Shown here: positions 1 to 10,478 of the stretch, one piece after another
Numbering within the stretch: the first letter of the stretch is position 1
Layout of the letters: each line of letters begins with the position of its first letter
Assembly (NCBI GenBank): GCA_963668675.2
Contig: CAXXMB010000002.1
Coordinates: forward strand, 1,984,001 to 2,048,000
DNA length: 64,000 nt
Direction: 5' to 3'
Source: an uncultured Desulfatitalea sp.
GTDB taxonomy: Bacteria > Desulfobacterota > Desulfobacteria > Desulfobacterales > Desulfosarcinaceae
Translations under genes and position numbers: made by a program
Notes under the pieces: model-generated
What the model was told of the DNA's origin: nothing
The model's input: the letters and a program-made list of their open reading frames with translations, nothing else
Databases searched by the model: none

Positions 1-1017
1 CGACCCAAGAAAAGCAAATATTATTGGATTGACTTTTATTACAAGGGAGTACGCTACAGAGAATCGTCTGAGAGCCCGAGAAAGAGAGATGCGGAGCTGC
101 TCTTAGCAAAACGAAAATGTGAGGTCCGTGAAGGAAAGTTTCGTCCCGCGCCTATTACCAAGGAACCAACATTGTCTGAATTCATGCCAAGGTATTTTGA
201 ATGGGCAAAGGATCATAAAAAAGCGTCTACCATTGAACGCAATCACCAGTTTCTGAATCACCTGACGCCTAAGTTCGGAATGGTACCTTTGTCGCACATC
301 AGCATTTGTGGTGTGGATGAATATAAAAAGGTCCGACTGAGCGAAAAGGCGTCAAACGCTACCATTAATAGGGAACGAAGCTTTTTAAAAGCGGTTCTTA
401 ACAGAGCCGTCAAATGGGGGGTAATAGACAAGAACCCAATTCAAAGCATGGAATCGTTGCCGGAACAGCATCTTTTTAACAGGTATCTTTCTGTCGATGA
501 GACTTTGGCTTTAATCGAATCATGTGAGGCTCACATCAAGCCAATGATCATAACTGCAGTTTATACCGGGCTACGTTGGGGTAATGTTCGGCTATTGAGA
601 TGGGATGAGGTCGATCCTGAAAATTCGATCATCAATCTGAAGGCGTCAAAGACCTCCGAATTAGTTTATCCACTTCCTGACCCAGTTAAAGAAGAATTAG
701 TGAAAATCCCTCGAAATGGTAACCCTTATGTTTTCGTTAATCCTGAAACATGCAAACCGTGGGCGAATTTACGGATGGCTTTCAACAGAGCGAAAAAGAA
801 GGCTGGAATCACCAGGCCCTTCCGATTTCATGACCTGAGGCATTCATTCGCATCCAATCTCGTTATGGCGGGTCAGGATTTGAAGACAGTGCAGGAACTA
901 CTGGGACACCGATGTATCACGACAACACTAAGATATGTCCATTTGAACATATCGCACAAGAAGAGAGCGATTGATGGGCTATTCCAGAAAAGGAATACCG
1001 CTCCCAGCGCTCCCTAA
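1..1017 (+). mobile_element. Tyrosine recombinase / phage-type integrase, 5' end outside the window
   Basis: Frame is open from base 1 (RPKKSKYYWIDFYYKGVRYRES..., arm-binding-like N-terminus). Catalytic motifs TGLR, FHDLRH, LGH and Y (TTLRY) are present. AT-richer than the backbone; ends about 60 bp from a tRNA 3' end. Confidence 0.93.
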
Positions 1018-1079
1018 AAAATGAGCGGCAAGATAGTCATACTTTTCACCATACCTTGCCACTCATTGTTTGTAAGTAT

Positions 1080-1154
1080 TGGTGATCCCAAGGGGACTTG
1101 AACCCCTGTTACCGGCGTGAGAGGCCGGTGTCCTAACCGCTAGACGATGGGACC
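1080..1154 (-). tRNA. tRNA-Glu (anticodon CUC)
   Basis: Reverse complement GGTCCCATCGTCTAGCGGTTAGGACACCGGCCT-CTC-ACGCCGGTAACAGGGGTTCAAGTCCCCTTGGGATCACCA folds as a cloverleaf with a TTCAA T-loop and encoded CCA. Confidence 0.97.
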
Positions 1155-1239
1155 ACTGATACAAAATGTAGTGCGTGCAATATAGAATGGCCGCTGATTT
1201 GTCAACCTAAATAAGGTCGCATTCGTCCTGTACTCGTTG

Positions 1240-1452
1240 TCACGGGCTGTCGTCACCCCTCTTTTTGGTGCCCCGGCGGACGCCGACGCTGAAATAGATG
1301 ATGGGTCCGGCAAAGGGGATCAGGGCCACGAAGGCCCAGGCGGCCTTTTTTTCGATGCCGCCGAAATCCTTTCGGGCGATGTCGACGATGGCCCAGACGG
1401 TAAGCAGGTAAAAAGCGACGCCGCAAAGGACGATCCATTCGGCCGCGTTCAT
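1240..1452 (-). CDS. Small membrane protein, PLDc N-terminal (phospholipase D-nuclease N-term) type
   Basis: 70 aa, two TM helices, pattern W-AIVDI..K...W....PF.G.IIY. Confidence 0.8.
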   Translation of the reverse strand: MNAAEWIVLCGVAFYLLTVWAIVDIARKDFGGIEKKAAWAFVALIPFAGPIIYFSVGVRRGTKKRGDDSP

Positions 1453-1458
1453 CTCGGC

Positions 1459-2340
1459 TTACCCTTCCAGCAGGTCGCTGATTTTGAGGATGGTGTTCAC
1501 GTAGTACTTGCTGTGGTTGTAGTGGTAGACGACTTTGAAGGCCTGGTCGCGGTCGAGGCCCGGTTTCCAGCCATAGTGCTTGAGGTAGCTGGCGATGCTG
1601 AAGATGGCGTCGCTGTCTTCAAAAAGGTCGATACGGCCGTCGCCGTTGCCGTCTTTACCGTAGGCCAGGATGTTGCTTGGCATGAACTGGGCGATGCCCA
1701 GGGCACCGGCATAGGAGCCGACCACCGATATGGCATCGACCTTGTGCAGTTCGGTGTAGGTGAGGAACGCTTTGAGCTCCCGGTAGGCCCAGTCCGATTT
1801 GCTGTCCGCCTTTTTGTCGTAGGCGGTGCGGTCGTATCGGGTCTTGCGGTTCAACTGATCGTAGAGATACTCCCGGGGGGCGGCTTCGGTGAGGGCCGAC
1901 ATGGTCGAGAGGGTGTTGATGATCGATCGCTTGCCCAGGTAGCGGCCGAACTTGGTCTCCACCAGGATGATGGCCGTAATCACCTTGGGGTCGACGCCGA
2001 ACTTCTGCTCGGCGGTGGCAAGGGTCTGTTCGTGCTCTTTCATGTAAGCACGGGCTTCGTTGATCCAGGTGCGCCGGGTCATCTTGTTGTAGTCGAGTTT
2101 GGCTTCGTTGTGTTGAAAATAGGCGGCCACGCCGCGGGCTTCGAAGGCGACCTCATCGCTCTGGTAGAGTTGGTGGATACGTTTGGCGTCAAAGCCGTCG
2201 GCGATGAGCCGTTTCTGAAGGGTGTCGAAAAAAGCGGCGGCCGTGTCATCCGCCCCGGCAGCACCGGTGGCGGCCAGGCAACAAATGAGGGTGATTGCCG
2301 CGATGATCGTTTGCCGAAAAGGGGGGATTGTTCTATTCAT
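1459..2340 (-). CDS. mltB: Lytic murein transglycosylase (MltB/SLT_2 family)
   Basis: Signal peptide from MNRTIPP; motifs VETKFG, GSYAGALGIAQFMPS, DGNGDGRIDL, YNHS. Start reassigned from the ORF track. Confidence 0.88.
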   Translation of the reverse strand: MNRTIPPFRQTIIAAITLICCLAATGAAGADDTAAAFFDTLQKRLIADGFDAKRIHQLYQSDEVAFEARGVAAYFQHNEAKLDYNKMTRRTWINEARAYMKEHEQTLATAEQKFGVDPKVITAIILVETKFGRYLGKRSIINTLSTMSALTEAAPREYLYDQLNRKTRYDRTAYDKKADSKSDWAYRELKAFLTYTELHKVDAISVVGSYAGALGIAQFMPSNILAYGKDGNGDGRIDLFEDSDAIFSIASYLKHYGWKPGLDRDQAFKVVYHYNHSKYYVNTILKISDLLEG

Positions 2341-2511
2341 AGGACATGCTCGTATGGCTGGCCCGCAGGCGTTGTTGTCACGAATTCGGCCCCTCGGGCC
2401 GCGCTTGATAGGGCTACCATGACATGGTATGGTGCGGGCTGTCAATTGGTAATCCTGTGATTCTTCGAAGAAAACGAGCAATTTAAGCCGGTTGCCGGCA
2501 GGAGTCGGGCG

Positions 2512-3885
2512 ATGGCCAAACGGGCCGCCAAAACCATCTATAGCTGCCAGGCGTGCGGCCATCAATCGCCCAAATGGCTGGGCAAGTGCCCTGATTGCGG
2601 GCAGTGGGACAGCTTTGTTGAAGAGGCGCACTCAGGGACCGAAAAGAGCGGACCGCTGCGAGGCATCTCAACACAGGTAAAAGCCAAGCCGGTGCCCATA
2701 GATGAGGTGACCCTCGAGGACCAGGCGCGCCTCTCCACCCAAATCGCGGAACTGGATCGGGTGCTGGGCGGCGGGCTGGTGACCGGCTCGCTGGTGCTCA
2801 TCGGCGGCGACCCGGGCATCGGCAAATCGACTTTGATGCTGCAAGCCCTGCATGGTATGGCGTCCGGGCCATCCACGGTGCTCTATGTCTCCGGCGAAGA
2901 GTCAGTCCAGCAGCTTCGCCTGCGCAGCCAACGGCTGGGGGCCGGTGCGTCACGCCTGCTGGTGGTCTCCGAAATCGATCTGGACGCCATCTTGAAAATG
3001 GTCGCAGACCTACGCCCCGACGTGTTGGTGATCGACTCGATCCAAACCATGTACAGCAGTGATCTGACTTCGGCGCCGGGCAGCGTCAGCCAGGTGCGCG
3101 ACTCGGCCATGCGGCTGATGCTCAATGCCAAAAAGAGCGGCATCCCCACCCTGCTGGTGGGGCATGTGACCAAGGAGGGCGCCATTGCCGGGCCCAAACT
3201 GCTCGAACACATGGTCGACACGGTGCTCTACTTCGAGGGGGACCGCAACCACGTCTTTCGCATCCTGCGCGCCGTCAAGAACCGCTTCGGCTCGACCAAC
3301 GAGATCGGTGTGTTCGAGATGCAGGCCGGTGGTCTGATCGAGGTGCCCAACCCCTCGGCGGTCTTTCTCTCCGAGCGGCCCGACCATGCGGCCGGTTCGG
3401 TGGTGACAGCCACCATGGAGGGCACGCGCCCCATCCTGGTCGAGCTGCAGGCGCTGGCCAGCAGCACCAACCTGGGAACGGCACGGCGAACGGTGCTGGG
3501 GCTCGATCCTCAGCGGGTGGCACTGCTGGTGGCGGTGATGGAGAAGAAGCTGGGCATGCACCTGTTCGGTCACGACATCTTCATGAATGTGGCCGGCGGG
3601 GTGAAGATCGAAGAGCCGGCCGTGGACCTGGCAGTGCTGGCGGCCATTGCGTCGAGCTTTCTGGACAAGGCGTTGACCGGCGAGACGCTGGTGCTGGGCG
3701 AGGTGGGCCTCGCCGGAGAGGTGCGCGCCATTGGCAATATGGGCGCCCGATTGTCCGAGGCTCACAAGATGGGCTTCAACCGCTGTGTCGCTCCCAACAG
3801 CAGTTTAAAACGCGTCGAGGCTCCCGCGGAAGTCGAATTGATTGGAGTGAACACGGTAGAAGCGGCCATGGAGGCCCTGTTTTGA
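2512..3885 (+). CDS. radA: DNA repair protein RadA/Sms
   Basis: N-terminal C4 zinc finger, Walker A GDPGIGKS, KNRFG motif. Confidence 0.98.
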   Translation: MAKRAAKTIYSCQACGHQSPKWLGKCPDCGQWDSFVEEAHSGTEKSGPLRGISTQVKAKPVPIDEVTLEDQARLSTQIAELDRVLGGGLVTGSLVLIGGDPGIGKSTLMLQALHGMASGPSTVLYVSGEESVQQLRLRSQRLGAGASRLLVVSEIDLDAILKMVADLRPDVLVIDSIQTMYSSDLTSAPGSVSQVRDSAMRLMLNAKKSGIPTLLVGHVTKEGAIAGPKLLEHMVDTVLYFEGDRNHVFRILRAVKNRFGSTNEIGVFEMQAGGLIEVPNPSAVFLSERPDHAAGSVVTATMEGTRPILVELQALASSTNLGTARRTVLGLDPQRVALLVAVMEKKLGMHLFGHDIFMNVAGGVKIEEPAVDLAVLAAIASSFLDKALTGETLVLGEVGLAGEVRAIGNMGARLSEAHKMGFNRCVAPNSSLKRVEAPAEVELIGVNTVEAAMEALF

Positions 3886-3927
3886 AGCAACATCGGGACA
3901 CAATTGACTTGCTCCGGGTATAATACT

Positions 3928-4542
3928 ATGAAGCGTAAAAAGTGTGCACCGTGCGGACGGAAAAACCAGTGGGAGGACCATTTCACCCGTCGCGCCAAAA
4001 AAGAGAACTATCCGGCCCGCTCGGTGTATAAGCTCGAGGAGATCCAGAAGAAACACCACATCATCCGCAAGGGCGACCGCATTCTGGACCTGGGCTGCTC
4101 ACCGGGATCGTGGCTGCTGTTTGCCGCCAAAGAGACCGGCAGCGGCGGCAAGGTGGTGGGTGTGGATCTGAAGCCGGTCAAGGAGCGCCTGCCCGGCAAT
4201 GTGCAGACCATCGTGGGCGATATTTACGAACTGGGTCAGGATGCGGGCGCGTCTATGGGCAGTGGGTTCGAGGTCGTATTGAGCGACATGGCACCCCAGA
4301 CCACCGGCCACAAGTTCAGCGATGCGGTGCGCTCGCTCGAGTTGTGCCGGACAGCACTCTCGGTGGCCGACGAGCTGCTGAGCCCCGGCGGCCGCTTCGT
4401 GTGTAAAATTTTCCAGGGCGAGGACTTCAAACGATTTTGTGATGACGTCAAAGCGCGGTACGACCGCATGCAGATATTCAAACCCCAAAGCAGTCGCAAA
4501 GCCAGCCCGGAGATCTTTGTCATCGGCCTGGGCAAAAAGTAG
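3928..4542 (+). CDS. rlmE: 23S rRNA Um2552 methyltransferase RlmE/FtsJ
   Basis: Y.ARS.YKL, LDLGCSPGSW, SDMAP, CKIFQG, KP.SSR..S.E motifs. Confidence 0.95.
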   Translation: MKRKKCAPCGRKNQWEDHFTRRAKKENYPARSVYKLEEIQKKHHIIRKGDRILDLGCSPGSWLLFAAKETGSGGKVVGVDLKPVKERLPGNVQTIVGDIYELGQDAGASMGSGFEVVLSDMAPQTTGHKFSDAVRSLELCRTALSVADELLSPGGRFVCKIFQGEDFKRFCDDVKARYDRMQIFKPQSSRKASPEIFVIGLGKK

Positions 4543-4554
4543 GAGGTAGGAGAC

Positions 4555-5298
4555 ATGTCAGGTCACAGCAAATGGGCCAACATCAAGCATAAAAAAGGCG
4601 CGGCCGATGCCAGACGCGGCAAGGTATTCACCAAACTGATCAAGGAGATCACCGTGGCCGCCCGTTTTGGCGGTGGCGACCCCAACGCCAACCCGCGCCT
4701 GCGGGCGGCGATCCTCGCGGCCAAAGCGGAAAACATGCCCAAAGACAATATGGAACGGGCCATCAAAAAAGGCACGGGCGAACTGGAAGGTGTGAACTAT
4801 GAAGAAAACACCTACGAAGGCTATGGACCCGGCGGTGTGGCCATTTTGATCGATTCGCTGAGCGACAACAAAAACCGGGCGGTTTCGGAGATTCGCCACG
4901 CCCTGTCTAAACACGGCGGCAATATGGGCGAAAACGGATGCGTGGCCTGGATGTTCGACAAAAAAGGATACCTTGTCATTGAAAAGGGCGCCGCGGATGA
5001 AGATCTCCTGATGGAGCTCGCTCTGGAAGCCGGTGCGGAAGATGTGCGTGACGACGGCGACAATTTTGAAGTGATCTGCGACCCGGAAAACTTTGAAGAT
5101 GTCAAGAGCGCCATAGACGGCAAGGAGATCCCCTGCGTGGCGGCCGAAGTGACCATGGTGCCCCAGAACCTGACGCCGGTGGAGGGCGATACGGCCCAGA
5201 AACTGATCCGCCTGATCGATGCCCTGGAAGATTGCGACGACGTGCAGCAGGTGTACAACAACGCCGATCTGCCCGACGATTTCATGGATGAAGCGTAG
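4555..5298 (+). CDS. yebC: YebC/PmpR family protein
   Basis: [15 protein letters not shown]-terminus, YEGYGPGG, strong AGGAGG RBS. Confidence 0.97.
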   Translation: MSGHSKWANIKHKKGAADARRGKVFTKLIKEITVAARFGGGDPNANPRLRAAILAAKAENMPKDNMERAIKKGTGELEGVNYEENTYEGYGPGGVAILIDSLSDNKNRAVSEIRHALSKHGGNMGENGCVAWMFDKKGYLVIEKGAADEDLLMELALEAGAEDVRDDGDNFEVICDPENFEDVKSAIDGKEIPCVAAEVTMVPQNLTPVEGDTAQKLIRLIDALEDCDDVQQVYNNADLPDDFMDEA

Positions 5299-5304
5299 AC
5301 GGAT

Positions 5305-5404
5305 TCCCCCCTTTTCCGCAAGGGGACCAGGGGGGCTTTTGGCTGCATCAGATTGCTCTGCAGTGCACAAGAAATTCCCTAAAACCCCCCTTGGAAAAGG
5401 GGGG
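5305..5404. repeat. Inverted doublet of the CCCCCTTT-AAAGGGGG-AGGGGGATT palindromic repeat (copy A, degenerate)
   Basis: Same architecture as the copies at 13960-14066 and 33352-33438. Lies right after the yebC stop and is followed by a T-run, so it may also terminate transcription. Confidence 0.7.
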
Positions 5405-5633
5405 TTTTTTTACCGGCGCATCCTTTTGCGGGATCTCCACGACCGGCACTATCCCCCACCATCCAACAGCCCCTTTTACCCTTTGCATGCTCTGTGCTAT
5501 AAATTCTTACTATCCACTTGCATGGCGATATTCGGGCTGGCACCCTGCACCCGATAGCGCCGGGGGAAATTTGCACCCTTTAAATAGGTGGTTATAGTTG
5601 TCCTTTGAATTCCACTCCCAAAAAGGATTGCTC

Positions 5634-8600
5634 ATGAAAAAATTGCCTGGCCTGCATTCCGGTGCGCCTGCCGGTATGGGATTGTACGATCCGCGATTTG
5701 AGCACGATGCTTGCGGGGTCGGCTTTGTTTGCCGCCTGGACGGATCCGCGTCCCATGAGATTGTCGAGCAGGGGCTACAAATTCTGCTGAACCTGGCCCA
5801 TCGGGGCGCACTGGCCTGCGATGCAGAGACCGGCGATGGCGCCGGCATTATGATTCAGCTTCCGGACCGGTTCTTCCGCAAGGCGTGCAAAGAGGAGGGC
5901 ATCGATCTGCCCCGGCCGGGCCACTACGCCAGTGGTCTGGTTTTTCTTCCCAATGAGAGCGGCCAGCAGGACGTCTGCAAAGAACAGTTCGAAACATTCA
6001 TCCGACAAGAGGGCCAACAGCTGCTGGGCTGGCGCAAGGTGCCGGTGAGACCGGAAGTCCTTGGCCCCCTTTCACGCCACGTGGCGCCCGATATCCACCA
6101 AATCTTTATCGGGCGCGGTGAAAACGCAGCGGATCAGGCCGAATTCGAACGCAAACTCTACGTGATCCGGAGGCTGGTGGAGAACGCGGTGCATGGGGCC
6201 AGCCTGGAACAGAAGAGCGCCTTTCACATTCCCAGCCTCTCCAGCCGCACCTTTATCTACAAAGGTATGTTCGTGGCCGACCAAGTGGGGGGCTTCTTTC
6301 CGGATCTGGGCGATGCGTCCCTGGAGAGCGCCCTTGCCATGGTGCATCAGCGCTACAGTACCAACACCTTTCCCGCTTGGGACCTGGCCCATCCGTTCCG
6401 CTATATCGCCCACAACGGTGAGATCAACACCCTTCGCGGCAATCGCAACTGGATGACCTCCCGCGAGGCGGATATGGCCTCTGAGCGATTCGGCAGCGAC
6501 ATCGAAAAAATCGTGCCCGTGGTGCAGCCCGGCGCCAGCGACTCGGCCAGTCTCGACAGCGTGGTCGAACTGCTCTACCATGCCGGACGATCCCTGCCCC
6601 ACTGCATCATGATGCTGATTCCCGAGGCGTGGCAACACCACGCCACCATGCCCGACGAACGCCGCGCCTTCTACGAGTATCACGCCCACTGCATGGAGCC
6701 ATGGGACGGACCGGCCACCGTGCCGTTCAGCGACGGACGATACATTGGCGCGGTGCTGGACCGCAACGGACTGCGCCCCTCGCGCTACACCGTGACCCAT
6801 GACGGCCTGGTGGTGATGGCGTCCGAAACCGGCGTGCTGGAGATCGCTCCCGAGCGTGTTCTGCGCAAGGGCCGCCTGCAGCCGGGGCGCATGTTCCTGG
6901 CCGACCTGAAAGCGGGAAGGATCATCGAGGACGATGAGATCAAGGCCGAGGTGGCCGGGCGCAAGCCCTACCGCCAGTGGCTCTCCGAAAACCAGCTCAC
7001 CCTGGAGATGTTCCCGCCGGCGCAGGAACACGAACAAGAGGCCACCCTTGAACTGCGACGCCGACACCATCTGTTCGGTTTCACCCGGGAAGACCTGAAA
7101 CAGATCCTGCCGCCCATGATCGAGGACGGCAAGGAGCCGGTCGGGTCCATGGGCGACGATATTCCGCCGGCCATCCTCTCCCGGCGACCGCGACTGCTCT
7201 ACGACTACTTCCGGCAGCTCTTCGCCCAGGTGACCAATCCGCCCTTGGACGCCATCCGCGAAGAGCTGGTGACCTCGCTCAGCACCTATCTGGGCAGCGA
7301 GCAGAACTTGCTGGACGAATCGCCCGCGCATTGCCGCCGCCTCAGACTCGACGGACCGGTGTTAACCAATGCCCAACTGGCGGCGCTGTGCGCGGCTGAG
7401 CTGCCCGGTATTCGCACCGTCCGACTCGACATCTGCTTCCAGGCGATCAACGGGGCCGAGGGGCTGGACCAGGGGATGGACGATCTCTGTCGGTCGGCAG
7501 CCGATGCGGTTCGCGATGGCGCTACGATCCTTGTGCTCTCGGACCGCAACTTCTCGGAAACGATGGCGCCCATCCCCGCGCTGCTGGCCGTGGCCGGGGT
7601 CCATCACCACCTCATCCGCGAAGGGCTGCGCACGCGCTGCGGCCTGGTGGTGGAGAGCGCGGAACCGCGCGAGGTGCACCACTTCTGCTGCCTGATCGGC
7701 TACGGTGCCGGTGCGGTCAACCCTTACCTGGTGTTCGAAACCGCCGGGCAGTTGGTCGCCGATGGAGAGCTGACCCTGGCCGATGCCCAATCAGCGGAAG
7801 ACAATTATATCCACGCCGTTGAAAAGGGACTGCTCAAAGTGATGTCCAAGGTGGGCATCTCGACCCTGCAAAGCTACAAAGGCGCCCAGATCTTCGAGTG
7901 CCTGGGGTTGTCGCCTGCGGTGGTGGATCGCTTCTTCACCGAGACGGCCACGCGCATCGAAGGTGCGAACTTGAAGCGCATTGCCGCCGAAACCCTGTCG
8001 CGGCACGAACGCGTGTTCAAGCAGTGGGAGAGCCCGGCCACCCGGTCGCTACCGTCGGGCGGCAAGTACAAATGGCGCCGGGATGGTGAAATCCACCAGT
8101 ACAATCCGATCATGCTGGCCCGCTTCCGGCAGGCCGTGTTCGAAGAAGATTGGGAGAAGTGGCAGGCCTATTCGAGTGTGGTGGACGAACAGAACCGCAC
8201 CGAAGGATTGCTGCGCGGTCTGATCTCTTTTACGTCCGACCGGCCGCCGGTCCCCCTGGAGGAGGTGGAGCCGTGGACCGAAATCGTCAAGCGTTTCAAG
8301 ACCGGCGCCATGTCCTACGGATCGATTAGTAAAGAGGCGCATGAGGCGTTGGCAATTGCCATGAACCGCATCGGCGGTCGCAGCAACAGCGGTGAAGGCG
8401 GAGAAGATGCGGACCGATTTACACCGGATGAGAACGGAGACTGGCGCAACAGCGCCATCAAACAGATCGCTTCGGGCCGCTTCGGCGTCACCGGTGATTA
8501 TCTGGTCAGCGCCAGCGAACTGCAGATCAAGATGGCCCAGGGGGCCAAACCGGGCGAGGGTGGGCAGTTGCCCGGTTTCAAAGTCTACCCATGGATCGCC

Positions 8601-10178
8601 AAGACCCGCCACAGCACGCCATATGTGGGGTTGATCTCGCCACCGCCGCACCACGACATCTACTCGATCGAAGACCTCTCCCAATTGATCTACGACCTGA
8701 AGCGCTCCAACCGGCGCGCCAGGATCAGCGTCAAACTGGTCTCGACAGTGGGGGTGGGGACCATTGCGGCCGGTGTGGTCAAGGGCGGGGCCGACTGCGT
8801 CCTGATCAGCGGCGATACGGGCGGTACGGGCGCTTCACCCCAGGGATCGATCCGTTATGCCGGGACACCATGGGAACTGGGCCTGCCCGAAGCACACCAG
8901 ACCCTTGTGATCAACGGCCTGCGTGATCGCATGGTGCTCGAATGCGACGGCCAGCTCAAGACCGGCCGCGACGTGGCCGTGGCCTGCCTGCTGGGGGCCG
9001 AGGAGTTCGGCTTCGGAACCCTCTCCCTGGTAGCCCTGGGCTGCGTCATGATGCGCGTCTGCCATCTGAACACCTGCCCGGTGGGCATCGCCACCCAGGA
9101 CCCCGAGCTGCGCAAGAAGTTCGCCGGCCGCCCCGAACATGTGGTCAACATGATGCGCTTCATGGCCGAAGAGCTGCGCCACATCATGGCCGAGTCGGGT
9201 TTCCGGCGTGTGGCCGAAATGGTCGGCCGAACCGACCTGCTCGACTTTTCTCCGGCCGTCGACCACTGGAAGGCCCAGGGTGTGGACCTGTCCGATCTGC
9301 TGCGCCGTGTCAAGACGCCGGTACACGTCATGGATCATTGCGGTGAGATCGAGGAGCAGCCGGGAGAAGAGCTACTGGAAGAGGAGGTCCGCGCCCAGGC
9401 GGCCGCTGTCTTCGACCAACGCCAGCCGGTCGCCGTCGATGTGGCCCTGCGCAACATCCACCGCACGTTCGGCACGCGCATCAGCAGTGAAATCTGCGAA
9501 CGTTTCGGCGAGGCTGGACTGCCCGACGACACCTTGACCCTGAAGTGTCGCGGATCGGCCGGCCAGAGCTTTTTCGCCTTTGCCGCCAAAGGCATGACCG
9601 CCATCATCGAGGGCGATGCCAACGATTACTTTGGCAAGGGGCTGTCCGGCGCCAAGATCGTGATCCGCCCACCCCGCGAAGCGACCTTTGCTGCCGAAGA
9701 AAATGTGATCATCGGCAACGTGGCCTTATACGGCGCCACCAGCGGGGAGGCCTATATCCGCGGGACCTGCGGCGAGCGCTTCGGCGTGCGCAACAGCGGG
9801 GTGCATGCCGTGGTGGAGGGCACCGGCGACCACGCCTGCGAATACATGACCGGCGGCCGGGTGGTGATCCTCGGGCGCACCGGCCGAAACATGGCGGCCG
9901 GTATGAGTGGCGGCATCGCATACGTATTGGACGAGCAGGGCGACTTCGGCAGGGAGCGCTGCAACCGGGAGATGGTCGATCTGGATGCCGTGGAGACGGA
10001 AGCGGATCGCAGCGAACTAAAGACCATGATTCAAAAACATTACGACCACACCCAAAGCCCGGTGGCCAAGCGCATTCTCGATCAGTGGGAAGAAATACTA
10101 CCTAAATTTATCAAGATCATGCCGACCGACTATAAGCGCGCATTGGCCGGAGAGGCAGGGCCTGGCGGCAAGGAGTAA
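5634..10178 (+). CDS. gltB: Glutamate synthase large subunit
   Basis: HDACGVGF (N-terminal Cys), HQRYSTNT, HNGEINT, EPWDGPA, QGAKPGEGG, 3Fe-4S motif CVMMRVCHLNTCP, GXG beta-helix C-terminus. Confidence 0.98.
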   Translation: MKKLPGLHSGAPAGMGLYDPRFEHDACGVGFVCRLDGSASHEIVEQGLQILLNLAHRGALACDAETGDGAGIMIQLPDRFFRKACKEEGIDLPRPGHYASGLVFLPNESGQQDVCKEQFETFIRQEGQQLLGWRKVPVRPEVLGPLSRHVAPDIHQIFIGRGENAADQAEFERKLYVIRRLVENAVHGASLEQKSAFHIPSLSSRTFIYKGMFVADQVGGFFPDLGDASLESALAMVHQRYSTNTFPAWDLAHPFRYIAHNGEINTLRGNRNWMTSREADMASERFGSDIEKIVPVVQPGASDSASLDSVVELLYHAGRSLPHCIMMLIPEAWQHHATMPDERRAFYEYHAHCMEPWDGPATVPFSDGRYIGAVLDRNGLRPSRYTVTHDGLVVMASETGVLEIAPERVLRKGRLQPGRMFLADLKAGRIIEDDEIKAEVAGRKPYRQWLSENQLTLEMFPPAQEHEQEATLELRRRHHLFGFTREDLKQILPPMIEDGKEPVGSMGDDIPPAILSRRPRLLYDYFRQLFAQVTNPPLDAIREELVTSLSTYLGSEQNLLDESPAHCRRLRLDGPVLTNAQLAALCAAELPGIRTVRLDICFQAINGAEGLDQGMDDLCRSAADAVRDGATILVLSDRNFSETMAPIPALLAVAGVHHHLIREGLRTRCGLVVESAEPREVHHFCCLIGYGAGAVNPYLVFETAGQLVADGELTLADAQSAEDNYIHAVEKGLLKVMSKVGISTLQSYKGAQIFECLGLSPAVVDRFFTETATRIEGANLKRIAAETLSRHERVFKQWESPATRSLPSGGKYKWRRDGEIHQYNPIMLARFRQAVFEEDWEKWQAYSSVVDEQNRTEGLLRGLISFTSDRPPVPLEEVEPWTEIVKRFKTGAMSYGSISKEAHEALAIAMNRIGGRSNSGEGGEDADRFTPDENGDWRNSAIKQIASGRFGVTGDYLVSASELQIKMAQGAKPGEGGQLPGFKVYPWIAKTRHSTPYVGLISPPPHHDIYSIEDLSQLIYDLKRSNRRARISVKLVSTVGVGTIAAGVVKGGADCVLISGDTGGTGASPQGSIRYAGTPWELGLPEAHQTLVINGLRDRMVLECDGQLKTGRDVAVACLLGAEEFGFGTLSLVALGCVMMRVCHLNTCPVGIATQDPELRKKFAGRPEHVVNMMRFMAEELRHIMAESGFRRVAEMVGRTDLLDFSPAVDHWKAQGVDLSDLLRRVKTPVHVMDHCGEIEEQPGEELLEEEVRAQAAAVFDQRQPVAVDVALRNIHRTFGTRISSEICERFGEAGLPDDTLTLKCRGSAGQSFFAFAAKGMTAIIEGDANDYFGKGLSGAKIVIRPPREATFAAEENVIIGNVALYGATSGEAYIRGTCGERFGVRNSGVHAVVEGTGDHACEYMTGGRVVILGRTGRNMAAGMSGGIAYVLDEQGDFGRERCNREMVDLDAVETEADRSELKTMIQKHYDHTQSPVAKRILDQWEEILPKFIKIMPTDYKRALAGEAGPGGKE

Positions 10179-10216
10179 TAGAATCGAAATCACTCCTTCA
10201 CTTTACACTTTACACC

Positions 10217-10374
10217 CAATGTCATTAGCGTAAGGCTCTTCAGCTACCGATCCGGGCGGGCATAAAGCCCGCCCCTACACGGTTCGTGTAGGGTAACAGA
10301 AGGTGTTTCTACTCAAACGTCGTAGGGGCGGGCTTTATGCCCGCCCGTTACATCCGCTTCAGTTGATGACATTG
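10217..10374. mobile_element. MITE-like element with imperfect TIRs, containing a REP doublet
   Basis: Ends CAATGTCATtAgCgtAAG / CAATGTCATcAaCtgAAG (reverse complement of the right end). Flanked by ACTTTACACC (10207-10216) and ACTTTACACT (10375-10384). Confidence 0.65.
10253..10347. repeat. GTAG-type REP inverted pair (REPIN-like)
   Basis: Perfect 26-bp inverted repeat of GTAGGGGCGGGCTTTATGCCCGCCCG (10253-10278 and 10322-10347) with a 43-bp spacer. Confidence 0.85.
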
Positions 10375-10478
10375 ACTTTACACTTAAAACCGGCTTCTTT
10401 AAGGCTGAGAGCACGAAGGCCGTTAGCCTGAGCTTTTATTTGGTAAATCGTTCCGAATGTTAATAAAGAGAGTTGAAA

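Noticed and set aside
1237..2460. 407-aa + strand ORF and many similar long antisense ORFs (e.g. 6072-7331, 28036-29136, 29538-30692, 39209-40243, 49674-50600)
   Set aside because: They are shadows of well-supported genes on the opposite strand, which is expected in GC-rich DNA. They contain no recognisable motifs.
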